Notes: generated from the sequence alone by a model not told the origin. A DNA stretch of 36,420 nucleotides from Pseudolysinimonas sp. (GCF_031389465.1 NZ_JANMSQ010000026.1:1-36420), one strand, 5' to 3'. Positions 28,083 to 36,420 are shown, counted from the stretch's first letter. Program-made: numbers and translations.

Positions 28083-28400
28083 ATGGGCACTCTGACCTAC
28101 GACTCCAAGTTGGCCGTTTCGCTCGACGACCGCGTGCTGGCCCACCTTCAGGTGGTGATCTGGTCGAAACTCCGGCGCGGCGAGCACTTCGCGTTCACCT
28201 GGACCGAGCCGTCGCGCAGCGGCTTCGGCCGCACGTCGATCTGGCTCGCGCCGTCGATTCCGCTCACCTTCGAGTATTTCGGCGGTCGGCAACCGCGGCT
28301 CAACGCGCAATGGGTGCAGATTCTCACCAAGTCGGCGAATTCGCCGGGCGGCCTGGTGCTCACCCCCGAGCCCCCCGAGAAGGACGCGCCGGTCGGCTAA
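28083..28400 (+). CDS. Small conserved actinobacterial protein (recalled as DUF7882-like), paralog 2
   Basis: MGTLTY...DDRVLAHLQVVIWSKLRRGEHF...LNAQWV; clearly similar to 26530-26832. Confidence 0.85.
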   Translation: MGTLTYDSKLAVSLDDRVLAHLQVVIWSKLRRGEHFAFTWTEPSRSGFGRTSIWLAPSIPLTFEYFGGRQPRLNAQWVQILTKSANSPGGLVLTPEPPEKDAPVG

Positions 28401-28463
28401 CCGAGCGGCGGTGGTCTGTCAAGACCACCTTCCGGGACCGAGGGTCCGCTTAGCGTCGCGAAT

Positions 28464-28814
28464 GTGTCCCCACAGCATCCTTCGCCCCAGGCTCCCGCGA
28501 CCGCGCGTCGCGCCGATGTCCATTGGATGAGCCCCGCGGTCGGTGTTTGGGTGGCGACTCGTCGCGGCAACCAAGTCGGCACAGTGGAACGGCTCGACGG
28601 CGCATACCACGCGACAAACGCCGCAGGCCGCGCGCTCGGGTCGTTTGAGGATCTCGCCTCCGCCTGTGACGTCGTCGAAGGCACGCAGCGGCGAGCGGGT
28701 ATCCGGCGCGCCGACCGAGCGATCATCGCCGTGCTCTGGGGGATCATCGGCGGCGGCGGCGCGGTTGCCCTGCTGCTCGTGATCGCGTTGTTCCAAATGG
28801 GCGGCCAGGCCTAA
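28464..28814 (+). CDS. Hypothetical protein with a small beta-rich domain and C-terminal TM helix
   Basis: WMSPAVGVWVA...VGTVE...LGSFEDLASA, then hydrophobic IIAVLWGII...LLVIALF; leaderless TAGCGT-N7-GTG. Confidence 0.75.
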   Translation: MSPQHPSPQAPATARRADVHWMSPAVGVWVATRRGNQVGTVERLDGAYHATNAAGRALGSFEDLASACDVVEGTQRRAGIRRADRAIIAVLWGIIGGGGAVALLLVIALFQMGGQA

Positions 28815-28818
28815 CCGA

Positions 28819-29220
28819 TCAACCCCGGTTCTCTTTCCGCCAGACGATCTTGAGCGCCGACCAGTCGGTATCGAGTGCCGCTACCTTCACGTCGACGAGC
28901 CCGCGCAACAGAGCCGTGTCGCGCACGAGGTTCTCATCGACGTCGCTCAGGTGGCCCGCTGCTTTGCGCGGCCAGGCGATCCACAGCGCTCCCGCGGGGA
29001 AGATTCGCCGCTCCTGCTGCTCGACGGTGCGGCGCACCTGGTCGGCTGACGAGACGAACGCGAGCACGACATCCGCATCGCCGCCGCCACGCAGCTCGAG
29101 GTCGGGCTCGACTTCGAACGCCCAGTCGTCAGGCGCGCCCACGACATCCCAGGTGACCCCCGGCTTGAGGCCAAGCTTCGTCGCCTGCGGGGTTCCGGAG
29201 TATCCGGCTGAGGCATCCAC
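28819..29220 (-). CDS. DUF3052-like protein
   Basis: AGYSGTPQATKLGLKPG, GALWIAWPRKA and GLVDVKVAALDTDWSALK motifs; GTG start at 29220. Confidence 0.82.
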   Translation of the reverse strand: MDASAGYSGTPQATKLGLKPGVTWDVVGAPDDWAFEVEPDLELRGGGDADVVLAFVSSADQVRRTVEQQERRIFPAGALWIAWPRKAAGHLSDVDENLVRDTALLRGLVDVKVAALDTDWSALKIVWRKENRG

Positions 29221-29323
29221 AGTTTGAGTATGGCGCGCGCGCGCCCGGTGCGGGATGCTGGCGGCAGCTCGATTTTCTCCCCATCCGGTCAACCCGATCG
29301 GGTGGCCCGCGCGTCGAGGAACT

Positions 29324-29833
29324 GTGGGCACTACCGTGGCGACAAGGACCCAGGTCGACCTGGATGCTTTCGTGGCGCACGAGTACCCGAAGGTCGTCGC
29401 CGCGGTGGGGCTCATCACCGGCAACCGGCAGGATGCCGCCGACGCCGTGCAGGATGCGATCGTCGGCTTTCTCGCGAAACCCCCGACTCGCGAGATCACG
29501 AACGTCGCCGCCTGGATCACCGTCGTCGCCAGCAACCGGGCGCGTGACCTTCAGCGCTCCCGTGGCGCCGAGTCGCGGGCCTACGCGAAGGTCGGAACCG
29601 ACGACGAGAGCTACGACTCCGCGCTGGCCGGGCTCGACATCGACGTGCTGAAAGCGCTCGAAGAGCTGCCGCGGCAACAGAAGGAAGTGTGCGTGCTGCA
29701 CTACCTCCTCGATCAATCGGTGGAACAGGTCGCCGAAGGTCTCGGAGTCAGTACCGGCACGATCAAGACCCAGCTGCACCGAGCCCGCAAGGCGCTCGCG
29801 GCGCGACTGAGGAAGGAGGATCACCATGGCTGA
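29324..29833 (+). CDS. ECF RNA polymerase sigma factor
   Basis: Region 2 DAADAVQDA...AAWITVVASN; region 4 LPRQQKEVCVLHYLLDQSVEQVAEGLGVSTGTIKTQLHRAR. Confidence 0.92.
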   Translation: MGTTVATRTQVDLDAFVAHEYPKVVAAVGLITGNRQDAADAVQDAIVGFLAKPPTREITNVAAWITVVASNRARDLQRSRGAESRAYAKVGTDDESYDSALAGLDIDVLKALEELPRQQKEVCVLHYLLDQSVEQVAEGLGVSTGTIKTQLHRARKALAARLRKEDHHG

Positions 29834-30743
29834 GCCCACCGGCGACTACGCCGGACTCGACAGCCGCCTGCGCGACGCGCTCGGACAGGCGGCGGAACAG
29901 GGTGACTCCACCGGGGTCGCCGACGCCATCCGCTCGCGGGTGGCCGCCGGTGACTCCGGTACTTCGGTCGCTGGTGGGACTGCCCCGGGTTGGGGTGGCG
30001 CAGGCGTGTCCGGCTGGTTGCCGTGGCTCGCGCTCGTCGTTCTCGCGGGTGTGGCCGGTGGCGCTGTCGGCGCTTCCGGACTCGCCGGAGCGGAGCAGCA
30101 GAACGTCGTCGCCGGCTACACCGTCGTGCTGGATGACACTGCCCCCGCGTACGCCTGCCCCGGCGGTTTGGAAATCGGGTCGCTCTCGGCGGGCGACCGC
30201 GTGCTCGCCGTGGCGCGCTCGGAGGATTCCGAGTGGCTCGGGGTACGCGACCCGAACGCGTTCGAGCGGGTGTTGTGGTTCGAGCGTTCCGTCGTGATCG
30301 TTGATTCAGATCAGCCGGATGTCGCATCCCTCCCGGTCGACGCCTGCCCCGTCGTCGCGATCGAGATCATCCCGCCCGCCCCCGTCGCGACCGAGGAGCC
30401 CGCACCCGGCCCCGCGCCAGGCCCCGCGCCCGGCCCGAGTGACACCACGGCGCCGAAGATCAACACCGCGACGGGCACCCCTAACCCGCTGTTCAACACG
30501 GATCCCTTGCTGCTTCGCGTGACGGCCGGCGACGGCGTTGGAGTCGTCGGGGTCGACGTCTCGTGGTCGGGCGAATTCACCGGTAGTGGCAGCATGAGCC
30601 CCGTCGGCTCCGAGTGGCGACTGACCTTCACGCCGCCGAATGACAACGGGGGCGACATCTTCTTCACTTTCCGCGCACGTGACGCCGCAGGCAACCTCAG
30701 CGCCCCGGTCACGATCACCATCGACCACCAATACTTCGGGTGA
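29826..30743 (+). CDS. Putative anti-sigma-like membrane protein: short N-terminal helix, TM, SH3-like domain, Pro linker, Ig-like C-terminal domain
   Basis: Overlaps the sigma stop; AAGGAGG RBS; TM WLALVVLAGVAGGAV; DTTAP...FRARDAAGN Ig-like signature. Confidence 0.7.
   Translation: MAEPTGDYAGLDSRLRDALGQAAEQGDSTGVADAIRSRVAAGDSGTSVAGGTAPGWGGAGVSGWLPWLALVVLAGVAGGAVGASGLAGAEQQNVVAGYTVVLDDTAPAYACPGGLEIGSLSAGDRVLAVARSEDSEWLGVRDPNAFERVLWFERSVVIVDSDQPDVASLPVDACPVVAIEIIPPAPVATEEPAPGPAPGPAPGPSDTTAPKINTATGTPNPLFNTDPLLLRVTAGDGVGVVGVDVSWSGEFTGSGSMSPVGSEWRLTFTPPNDNGGDIFFTFRARDAAGNLSAPVTITIDHQYFG
30399..30434 (+). repeat. 3 x 12-bp coding repeat (PAPG linker)
   Basis: cccgcacccggc cccgcgccaggc cccgcgcccggc. 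Confidence 0.8.
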
Positions 30744-30747
30744 GACC

Positions 30748-33336
30748 ATGACCGTTCCCAAGTGGCTCATCCCGGTGCTCGCGATCGTCGCGGCGGCGGG
30801 TGTCGCGGTCGCGGCGACCCTCATCGGCATCCGTTTCGCGGCCCCGGTGGTCGTGGAGGCCGCACCGGAGTACGAGATCGTGCCGGTGCTCGCGCCGATC
30901 GCCGAGGGCGACGAGCCGCCTGCCGGTTCGGGTGACGAGTCCGAGGTGCCCGCCCCCACCGACGAGCCCGGCGAAGCGTCCGACGTCGTCCCGATTGTGG
31001 TGAGCGAAGCGGTCGCCGAACGCGAGGTGACGATACCGGCCGATGGCGGTGCGACCGACGAGACCGACGCGTCACTCCTGCGATTCCTCAGCCTTCTCGG
31101 TACCTGGCCCGACCCGATCTTCGGGCTCATCAACTTCACCGACGACGACCGCGGCGACGGCGACGACCCGTGTGCGCCGCGAGGGGGTGAACCCGCCGGA
31201 GACTGCCCCGAAGGGCTGCGCAGCACGATCCTCAGCGACACGGCGCTGCGCGACTTCGTCGCCGGTGGCCAAGCGTTCCCGCCGACCTACGACGAGTACC
31301 TCGTCGAGGGGAACCCGTTCGGCGGCTCGCTGTGGTGCGATGGACTCACCCCGGGCGATGGCGAGGTGCCGTTCGGCATCCTGGCGACCGCGCCCGGCGC
31401 CTTCACGGTGCGCTACTGGCCGACCGCCGATCCCGCCGCCGTGGAGCGGGTGGATCTGCTGAGCACGACGGAGCAGATCGCCGATTGGGAGGCCGAAGTC
31501 GCCGACCCCGAGGGCTTTGCGATCGTGCAGCAGTGCCTCACGCTCGGCGGGATCGAGCCCGGCACTGCGTACACCGCGATCATCTCCGGCCGCGACATCC
31601 ACGACCGGGCGTCGCCTCCGCACACGGTGCGCTTCCACTCGGGCGGCGAGCCGGTGCACCCCGCCCTCCAGCTCAGCACGGTGGGGTCGAATCTGCTGCT
31701 GACGAGCGCGCTGCGACCCGACGACGGAACGGTGCAGATCCGGGCGGCCCTCGTCGAGGACGGCACGGCGCCGAGCTGCGACATCCCTCCGAGCGCCCGC
31801 ACACTCATCCCGCTGGCGAGCGTCGAGTCACCGCAGACCCCTGACCAGGTCAACGCGGTCAACGCGCCGCCGAATTTCCGCACCAAGCTCGTGCAGTCCT
31901 ACGCCGTACCCGAAGGGGCCACGGTCGTCGTCTGCGCACGCTGGTTCCCGGCCGGCGACGCCCCGGAGTGGGAGCGCACGCAGGCCGACTACGAGTCGTC
32001 GGCGATCGTGCAGACCGCCGACCGCGTGCTGCCGAGCGTTTCGCTCTTCGATGTCGCGCGGTTCGACGACGCCGTCGACCACATCGACATCGCGGTCGCG
32101 TCGCGCGAGGGTTCGACCTGCTTCGGGGCCCGGTGGGATCGTGAGCTCGACGAGGTGCTGCCGATCAGCATCTGCCACTCGACGATGTTCGGTGCGGGGG
32201 GCGCGTCGGGCGACTCCGAACACCTCTGGGATCGCGGGTTCAGCGGAGACCTGGTGCTCCGGCTGACCACCACGCTCACCTCCGGCGAGGCGTCGGAGAC
32301 CGAGTACCTCATCCCCGCCGCCGATGACGGTTGCCGCGGAGTGTGCACGCCGCCCGAGCGCCAGTGGTATCGCGTCGCCCTCGCGGATGTCACCCAGGGA
32401 ACCGGATTGTGCGGCTCGTCGTTCGGAGCGGACTGCACGCCGCCGAGCCGCGAGGTCGCCGCCGGCACCGCGACCTTCTTCGTCGACTGGACGCAGGAGC
32501 TCACGAACGGCCGTAGTTCGTGGCACGTCACCCCGACCACCGACCGGCCCGTCGACTACGTCGCGCCGGACACCCCGCAGATCCAGAACGACGAGTCCTG
32601 GGCCTTCAGCGAACCGACGGTCGCGGTGCCGTGGACCTCGACCTCGCTTCGGGTGGAGGTCGACCGTCCCGTGACCTACACCCTTCGCTTCACCGGAAAC
32701 GGCATCGACGCAGGCCCGAGTTGCGCCGACGGCAGCCTGATGCAGAACAGCGGGACCAGCGTTGTCGGCCCCGGTGGCATCCAGGTGATCGACCTGCGGA
32801 TGAGCGGCCTCTGCCTCGGCGCGCAGTATCTCGTCACCCTCGAACTCGTCGACGAGGCCGGTCGCGCGACGACCTGGTCGCTCGATCGCGACGAATCCTG
32901 GTGGGGTGGCACCGCGCTCGTCCTCGCCCCCGCCCTCCACGCGACCCTGAGCTACCGCGTGGACGCGCAGACCTTCTCGCGCTCCCACCTCGACACGTTC
33001 CGGCTCGAGCTCAACGGCAGCAGCCTCGGCATCCAGGAGGATCGCTTCGGCCGCTGCCTCGAAGACGGTCTGATCTTCAGCGAGGGCGCGGTCGAAGATC
33101 TCCGCATCTACAACAGCAACCGCATCGAGTTCACGATCAACACGAGCGAAGCCCAGCGCTGGCATGACGCCGAGGCGTGGGGGGTCGACTGCTTCCCGGG
33201 GACGGCAGAGGGCGAGGACGAGGTGGCCGTCATCGAACTGGATCTGGCTCGGCTGTTCAGCCGGGATGGCATCGTGATCGACATCGACGACCGCTACAAC
33301 TCGCGGGTCACGCTGCGGGCGACCCTGACCGACTGA
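30748..33336 (+). CDS. Large N-terminally anchored extracellular hypothetical protein (862 aa, acidic, 16 Cys)
   Basis: N-terminal hydrophobic segment KWLIPVLAIVAAAGVAVAATLIGI; strong GC3 bias; starts 4 nt after the upstream stop. Confidence 0.85.
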   Translation: MTVPKWLIPVLAIVAAAGVAVAATLIGIRFAAPVVVEAAPEYEIVPVLAPIAEGDEPPAGSGDESEVPAPTDEPGEASDVVPIVVSEAVAEREVTIPADGGATDETDASLLRFLSLLGTWPDPIFGLINFTDDDRGDGDDPCAPRGGEPAGDCPEGLRSTILSDTALRDFVAGGQAFPPTYDEYLVEGNPFGGSLWCDGLTPGDGEVPFGILATAPGAFTVRYWPTADPAAVERVDLLSTTEQIADWEAEVADPEGFAIVQQCLTLGGIEPGTAYTAIISGRDIHDRASPPHTVRFHSGGEPVHPALQLSTVGSNLLLTSALRPDDGTVQIRAALVEDGTAPSCDIPPSARTLIPLASVESPQTPDQVNAVNAPPNFRTKLVQSYAVPEGATVVVCARWFPAGDAPEWERTQADYESSAIVQTADRVLPSVSLFDVARFDDAVDHIDIAVASREGSTCFGARWDRELDEVLPISICHSTMFGAGGASGDSEHLWDRGFSGDLVLRLTTTLTSGEASETEYLIPAADDGCRGVCTPPERQWYRVALADVTQGTGLCGSSFGADCTPPSREVAAGTATFFVDWTQELTNGRSSWHVTPTTDRPVDYVAPDTPQIQNDESWAFSEPTVAVPWTSTSLRVEVDRPVTYTLRFTGNGIDAGPSCADGSLMQNSGTSVVGPGGIQVIDLRMSGLCLGAQYLVTLELVDEAGRATTWSLDRDESWWGGTALVLAPALHATLSYRVDAQTFSRSHLDTFRLELNGSSLGIQEDRFGRCLEDGLIFSEGAVEDLRIYNSNRIEFTINTSEAQRWHDAEAWGVDCFPGTAEGEDEVAVIELDLARLFSRDGIVIDIDDRYNSRVTLRATLTD

Positions 33337-33350
33337 TTCGTCGACGCTTG

Positions 33351-34130
33351 TCAGATCTGGCAGCGCGGACACCAGGTGACGACGCGTTCTTGACCCTCGA
33401 GCCGTCCGAGCTCGCCGCCGATCAGCCGCGTGCCGCACCGCCGGCACGGGCGACCTCTGCGGCCGTAGACCCACGTCGTGTTCCCGGCTCGCAGATTGCC
33501 CGTCGTGGATCGCGTCCAACGATCCTTGTTGGCCTGAAGCATCCGCTCGGCCAGGTCTACTACTGCAGGCAGGTCGCGCGTCTCGCCGACGGGACGTGTC
33601 GGCAGCACGCCACGCAGAAAGCAGATCTCGTTGGCGTAGACATTTCCGATGCCCGCGAGATTCCGTTGGTCGAGCAGGGCGAGGTAGACCGGCACTTCAG
33701 GATGCTCGGCCAGCCGTCTCGAAGCCTCGACCCCATCCCAGTCAGGCCCGAGCAGGTCGGGGCCGAGGTGGCCGACGACATCCTCTTCATCGGTCGTTGT
33801 GATGACCTCGAGCAGGCCGAGTTCGAAACCGACCGCCTGAACGCTTGGGGCGTCGAGCACGACCCGCGCGAGGTGCGCGGGTCGGGTCCACTTCTCCCCG
33901 GGCGCGAAGGTGCGCCACGCGCCGTCCATCTTCAGATGCGAATGGATGCTGAACTCGCCCACCCGGTGGAATAGGTGCTTGCCGCGCGCGACGACCTCGA
34001 GAACGGTCTCGCCGGCGAGGTCGACGGTTGCGAATCCGGGCACCCGAAAGTCGGTCTTTTCGAGCACCAGTCCGGCGAGAGCCGCATGCTGCGTCTTCGC
34101 GGTCTTCCAGACGGTGTCGCCCTCGGGCAT
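33351..34130 (-). CDS. nei: Fpg/Nei family DNA glycosylase (endonuclease VIII-like, Nei2)
   Basis: MPEGD start, RGKHL, HLKMDG, H2TH LLDQRNLAGIGNVY, and Zn finger CRRC...WCPRCQ. Confidence 0.95.
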   Translation of the reverse strand: MPEGDTVWKTAKTQHAALAGLVLEKTDFRVPGFATVDLAGETVLEVVARGKHLFHRVGEFSIHSHLKMDGAWRTFAPGEKWTRPAHLARVVLDAPSVQAVGFELGLLEVITTTDEEDVVGHLGPDLLGPDWDGVEASRRLAEHPEVPVYLALLDQRNLAGIGNVYANEICFLRGVLPTRPVGETRDLPAVVDLAERMLQANKDRWTRSTTGNLRAGNTTWVYGRRGRPCRRCGTRLIGGELGRLEGQERVVTWCPRCQI

Positions 34131-34679
34131 TCAGCAGCTCCACATCCCGAGGTTCGCGCGGGCGGCGGCGTCTTCGGCCGCGAGGAGCTCGTCGAAATGC
34201 AGATCATTGGGCGCAACCCGAATCGCCTCGGCAAATCCGCCCTCGACGAGCGCGAGGTTGATGAAGGTGCCGTCGCCGTTCCACAGGTAGAGGAGCAGGC
34301 GGTCGTAGTCGTCGAACGGGTCGACGTCGGGGTCGACGAGCAGCGTGCTGCCGATCGGTGCGAGGCGCAGCAGTTCGGCTTCCGCCTCGTCGCCGAAGCA
34401 TTCGTACACCGGGTAGACCTCGGGGGTGTCGATGCCGACCAGCCGCACGTTCTCGACCGCCCCGCTGTCGTCGCGCAACCGGAGGGTGTCGCCGTCGGTG
34501 ATGTCGACGACGGTCATCTCGGCCGCGTCGCTCGGGGCCGGGATGCCGCTGTCGACGACCGGTGCGCCCGGTTCGGCATCCGGGGTCTGGGCTGCAGGTT
34601 TCGACTGCTGGGCGATGACGATCCACACCGCGAACGCCGCGAGCGCGACCACGACGAGGATCACGACCACCCGCCTCAT
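34131..34679 (-). CDS. Thermonuclease (SNase) family protein, N-terminally membrane anchored
   Basis: DGDTL, VRLVGIDTPE, DDYDRLL and NLALVEGG motifs; hydrophobic N-terminus. Confidence 0.92.
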   Translation of the reverse strand: MRRVVVILVVVALAAFAVWIVIAQQSKPAAQTPDAEPGAPVVDSGIPAPSDAAEMTVVDITDGDTLRLRDDSGAVENVRLVGIDTPEVYPVYECFGDEAEAELLRLAPIGSTLLVDPDVDPFDDYDRLLLYLWNGDGTFINLALVEGGFAEAIRVAPNDLHFDELLAAEDAAARANLGMWSC

Positions 34680-35071
34680 TCGAGCGCGCTTCGGATGTCG
34701 GTGTGACCGAAGTCGTCGCCCTTGTAGAGCAACGGTTCGCCCGTCGCCTTTGCCAGGGCGTAGGCGAAACAGTCGCCGAAGTTGAGCTGAGCCGGATGAC
34801 CGCTGCCCTTTCCGAAGTCGCGGTACGCCGCTCGCGCGATCTCGGCCTGCTCCGGCGTGAATGCCTCGATCTCGACCCCGAAACGACTCAGGATGGTGTC
34901 GACCACACGTACCGTCACAGGATCGCGGCGGGCTTCGATCACGATCGAGGTCTCGAGATAGGTCCCAGCGGACATCCGCAGTCGCCCCGCCCGAAGCATC
35001 GCCTCAGTGAGAGCTGCCGCGTCGGGCTCGTCGCGCACGACGGCGACGACCGCCGACGAGTCGATGATCAT
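34676..35071 (-). CDS. vapC: Type II TA toxin, VapC PIN ribonuclease (VapC30-like)
   Basis: MIIDSSA, YLET, LNFGDCFAYALA and LLYKGDDF acidic PIN residues. Confidence 0.95.
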   Translation of the reverse strand: MIIDSSAVVAVVRDEPDAAALTEAMLRAGRLRMSAGTYLETSIVIEARRDPVTVRVVDTILSRFGVEIEAFTPEQAEIARAAYRDFGKGSGHPAQLNFGDCFAYALAKATGEPLLYKGDDFGHTDIRSALE

Positions 35072-35331
35072 TTCGGGAGTCCGCGTTCGTCGTAGAGATC
35101 CTCAGTGGGGTCGCGATCTCCCCAGGCTTCGCGAAGCCCGGGCGCGACCTGCCGAACGAGATGCATGATCTCGTCGACGCGGGCCTGCACCTGCTCGCCT
35201 GGTTCTCTGCCCAGTTCTGCGAGACGGCGTTCGACGGCATCGGTCACGGCATCCGTCTGGCTCATGCCGGTGAGCGTAGCCAGCTCGCGCACCAGGGCGT
35301 GGGTGCGCTCGTTCTTGATGTTGAGACTCAC
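35068..35331 (-). CDS. vapB: Type II TA antitoxin VapB (Rv0623/VapB30-like)
   Basis: SLNIKNERTHALVRELA...TDAV...LYDERGLPK; ATGA overlap with vapC; likely leaderless GTG start at 35331 after TAGAAT-N7. Confidence 0.9.
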   Translation of the reverse strand: MSLNIKNERTHALVRELATLTGMSQTDAVTDAVERRLAELGREPGEQVQARVDEIMHLVRQVAPGLREAWGDRDPTEDLYDERGLPK

Positions 35332-35369
35332 GTCTACCATTCTACCGTGAAGGGGTAGACGGTCTACCC
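35332..35369 (-). promoter_or_regulatory. vapBC promoter/operator with repeated GGTAGA half-sites
   Basis: Perfect inverted repeat GGGTAGAC-g-GTCTACCC at 35353-35369; further GGTAGA copies flank the TAGAAT -10. Confidence 0.65.
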
Positions 35370-36420
35370 GCGCAGTCGTAGCCCTTGCGGCGTTGGCGCG
35401 AAACCGGCAGCGACGAGCGCGTTGCCGAGCGGCGTTCCGAGTGAGAACGCGCCGTCGATCTTCTCGATACGTAGCCGCCCGCCCCCACGTCGCACGGCGG
35501 CGGTGAGCGACTCAGCGGCCGCGGTGAGGCGCTGTTCGTCGGCGGTGAACGTCAGCACGGTCTTGCCGCCACGTTCCACGTAGATGTCGAGGGCGCCATC
35601 CACGAGCACCACGAGTGCGCCGGCTTTGCGACCGGGTCGGTGGCCCTCGGCTTCGGGCCAACCCAGCGCGGCGCCGTAGGGGTTGGCGGGGTCGGTCGCG
35701 CCGAGGGTGACCGCTACCGGGGCGGTGCCCTCCTCCGGATCAGCAGCGAAGGTGCGTAGTCGGTCGACAGTCGCCGGGGTGGCGAACTGCGCGGCACCGA
35801 GCCCTTCGACGAAGTAGCCCCGACGGGTGCGGCCCGTCTCTTCGAGTCCGGCAAGCACCTTGTAGGCGAGCGCGAAGCCGCCCGCGACGCCTTCGGAGAC
35901 GACAGCACCCCGCGTCACGACTCCGTGGCGTTCCAGAAGGGTCTCTGCGAGAGCGGCGGAGCGCACGGTGGTGTTCGGTTGCGGAGCAGGGAGGAGGGAC
36001 CAGCGGCCTGCGACGGTTGGCGGCGCGGTGGAGTTTGGAGCGGAGGCCATTTCTGGCCTCCGCCACGACCCCAGCGCCGACGCCCGTCTCGGGCGTCGGG
36101 TCACAGTGGCACGAGGTCTGGGAGTTGCGCCGAGTCGCGCACGCAGCGGAGCGAGGGTGTCGTTGCCGACCAGCCCCGCCCACACCAGATCCCACAGCGC
36201 GGCGGCGAGGTCTTTGTCATCCACCGGTTCGGTCAGGCCGACCGCGGTCGAGAGCTGTCGGAAGAAAAACGCCCCACCGCCGGCGAGGGCGTCGATGACG
36301 CGCCCGTGCAGGTCGCCCTGCTCGCTGAAGTTCGGCTCGAACAAGGTGAGGGGTGCCGCATCTGCGAGGTGCAGCGCGACCCAGCCGTCGCCGCCCGGAA
36401 GCTCACCACGACCCGACCAG
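35364..36420 (-). CDS. lhr: Lhr family ATP-dependent helicase, C-terminal part (5' end outside the window)
   Basis: GDGWVALH, ALWDLVWAGLVGNDT, GRWSLL, LLERHGVVTR, RRGYFVEGLGAAQF and DPANPYGAALGWP motifs; upstream of nei as in actinobacterial lhr-nei operons. Confidence 0.92.
   Translation of the reverse strand, partial: WSGRGELPGGDGWVALHLADAAPLTLFEPNFSEQGDLHGRVIDALAGGGAFFFRQLSTAVGLTEPVDDKDLAAALWDLVWAGLVGNDTLAPLRARLGATPRPRATVTRRPRRASALGSWRRPEMASAPNSTAPPTVAGRWSLLPAPQPNTTVRSAALAETLLERHGVVTRGAVVSEGVAGGFALAYKVLAGLEETGRTRRGYFVEGLGAAQFATPATVDRLRTFAADPEEGTAPVAVTLGATDPANPYGAALGWPEAEGHRPGRKAGALVVLVDGALDIYVERGGKTVLTFTADEQRLTAAAESLTAAVRRGGGRLRIEKIDGAFSLGTPLGNALVAAGFAPTPQGLRLRG

Noticed and set aside
29221-29535. 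N-terminal extension of the DUF3052-like ORF given in the ORF track
   Set aside because: It overlaps the divergent ECF sigma gene; family-like sequence begins at GTG 29220
31828-33519. 563-aa minus-strand ORF
   Set aside because: Antisense shadow of the 862-aa surface protein gene, which has the anchor and the operon context
13517-35344. Frequent TANNNT-N6/7-start leaderless promoters (13530, 16418, 18689, 26832, 26880, 28464, 35331)
   Set aside because: Real but ordinary for actinobacteria; used only to choose start codons

Overview
High-GC actinobacterial DNA; gene content and the many leaderless TANNNT promoters suggest Microbacteriaceae (inference). Positions 1-13.4 kb hold an accessory aromatic/C1 catabolic region. 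It has two ABC permeases, a VAO/PCMH-family flavoprotein with an altered substrate pocket, and a TetR. It continues with an operon of ligJ-like hydratase, signal-less SsuA/THI5-fold protein, ligK-like aldolase, cupin, an MDR dehydrogenase lacking catalytic Zn ligands, metF and purU, then a frameshifted LysR divergent from a LigM/DesA-like THF-dependent demethylase, and a truncated IclR. The region ends at a 56-bp imperfect direct repeat of the promoter and 5' end of the downstream PLP class V gene. The middle holds mostly housekeeping or accessory genes (EEP protein, GIY-YIG-like protein, PEP mutase family, GPH transporter, GH38 alpha-mannosidase, serA, HxlR/oxidoreductase pair). At 25.8-28.8 kb is a cluster of small unknown genes around an EAL-only phosphodiesterase. 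It includes an unannotated 25-aa ORF with a strong RBS followed by a hairpin/GACGCCCC-repeat leader. At 29.3-33.3 kb is an ECF sigma, putative anti-sigma and large 16-Cys surface protein operon. The end is an lhr-nei DNA repair operon interrupted by a VapBC30-like module and a thermonuclease. No tRNA, rRNA, CRISPR array or transposase was recognised.
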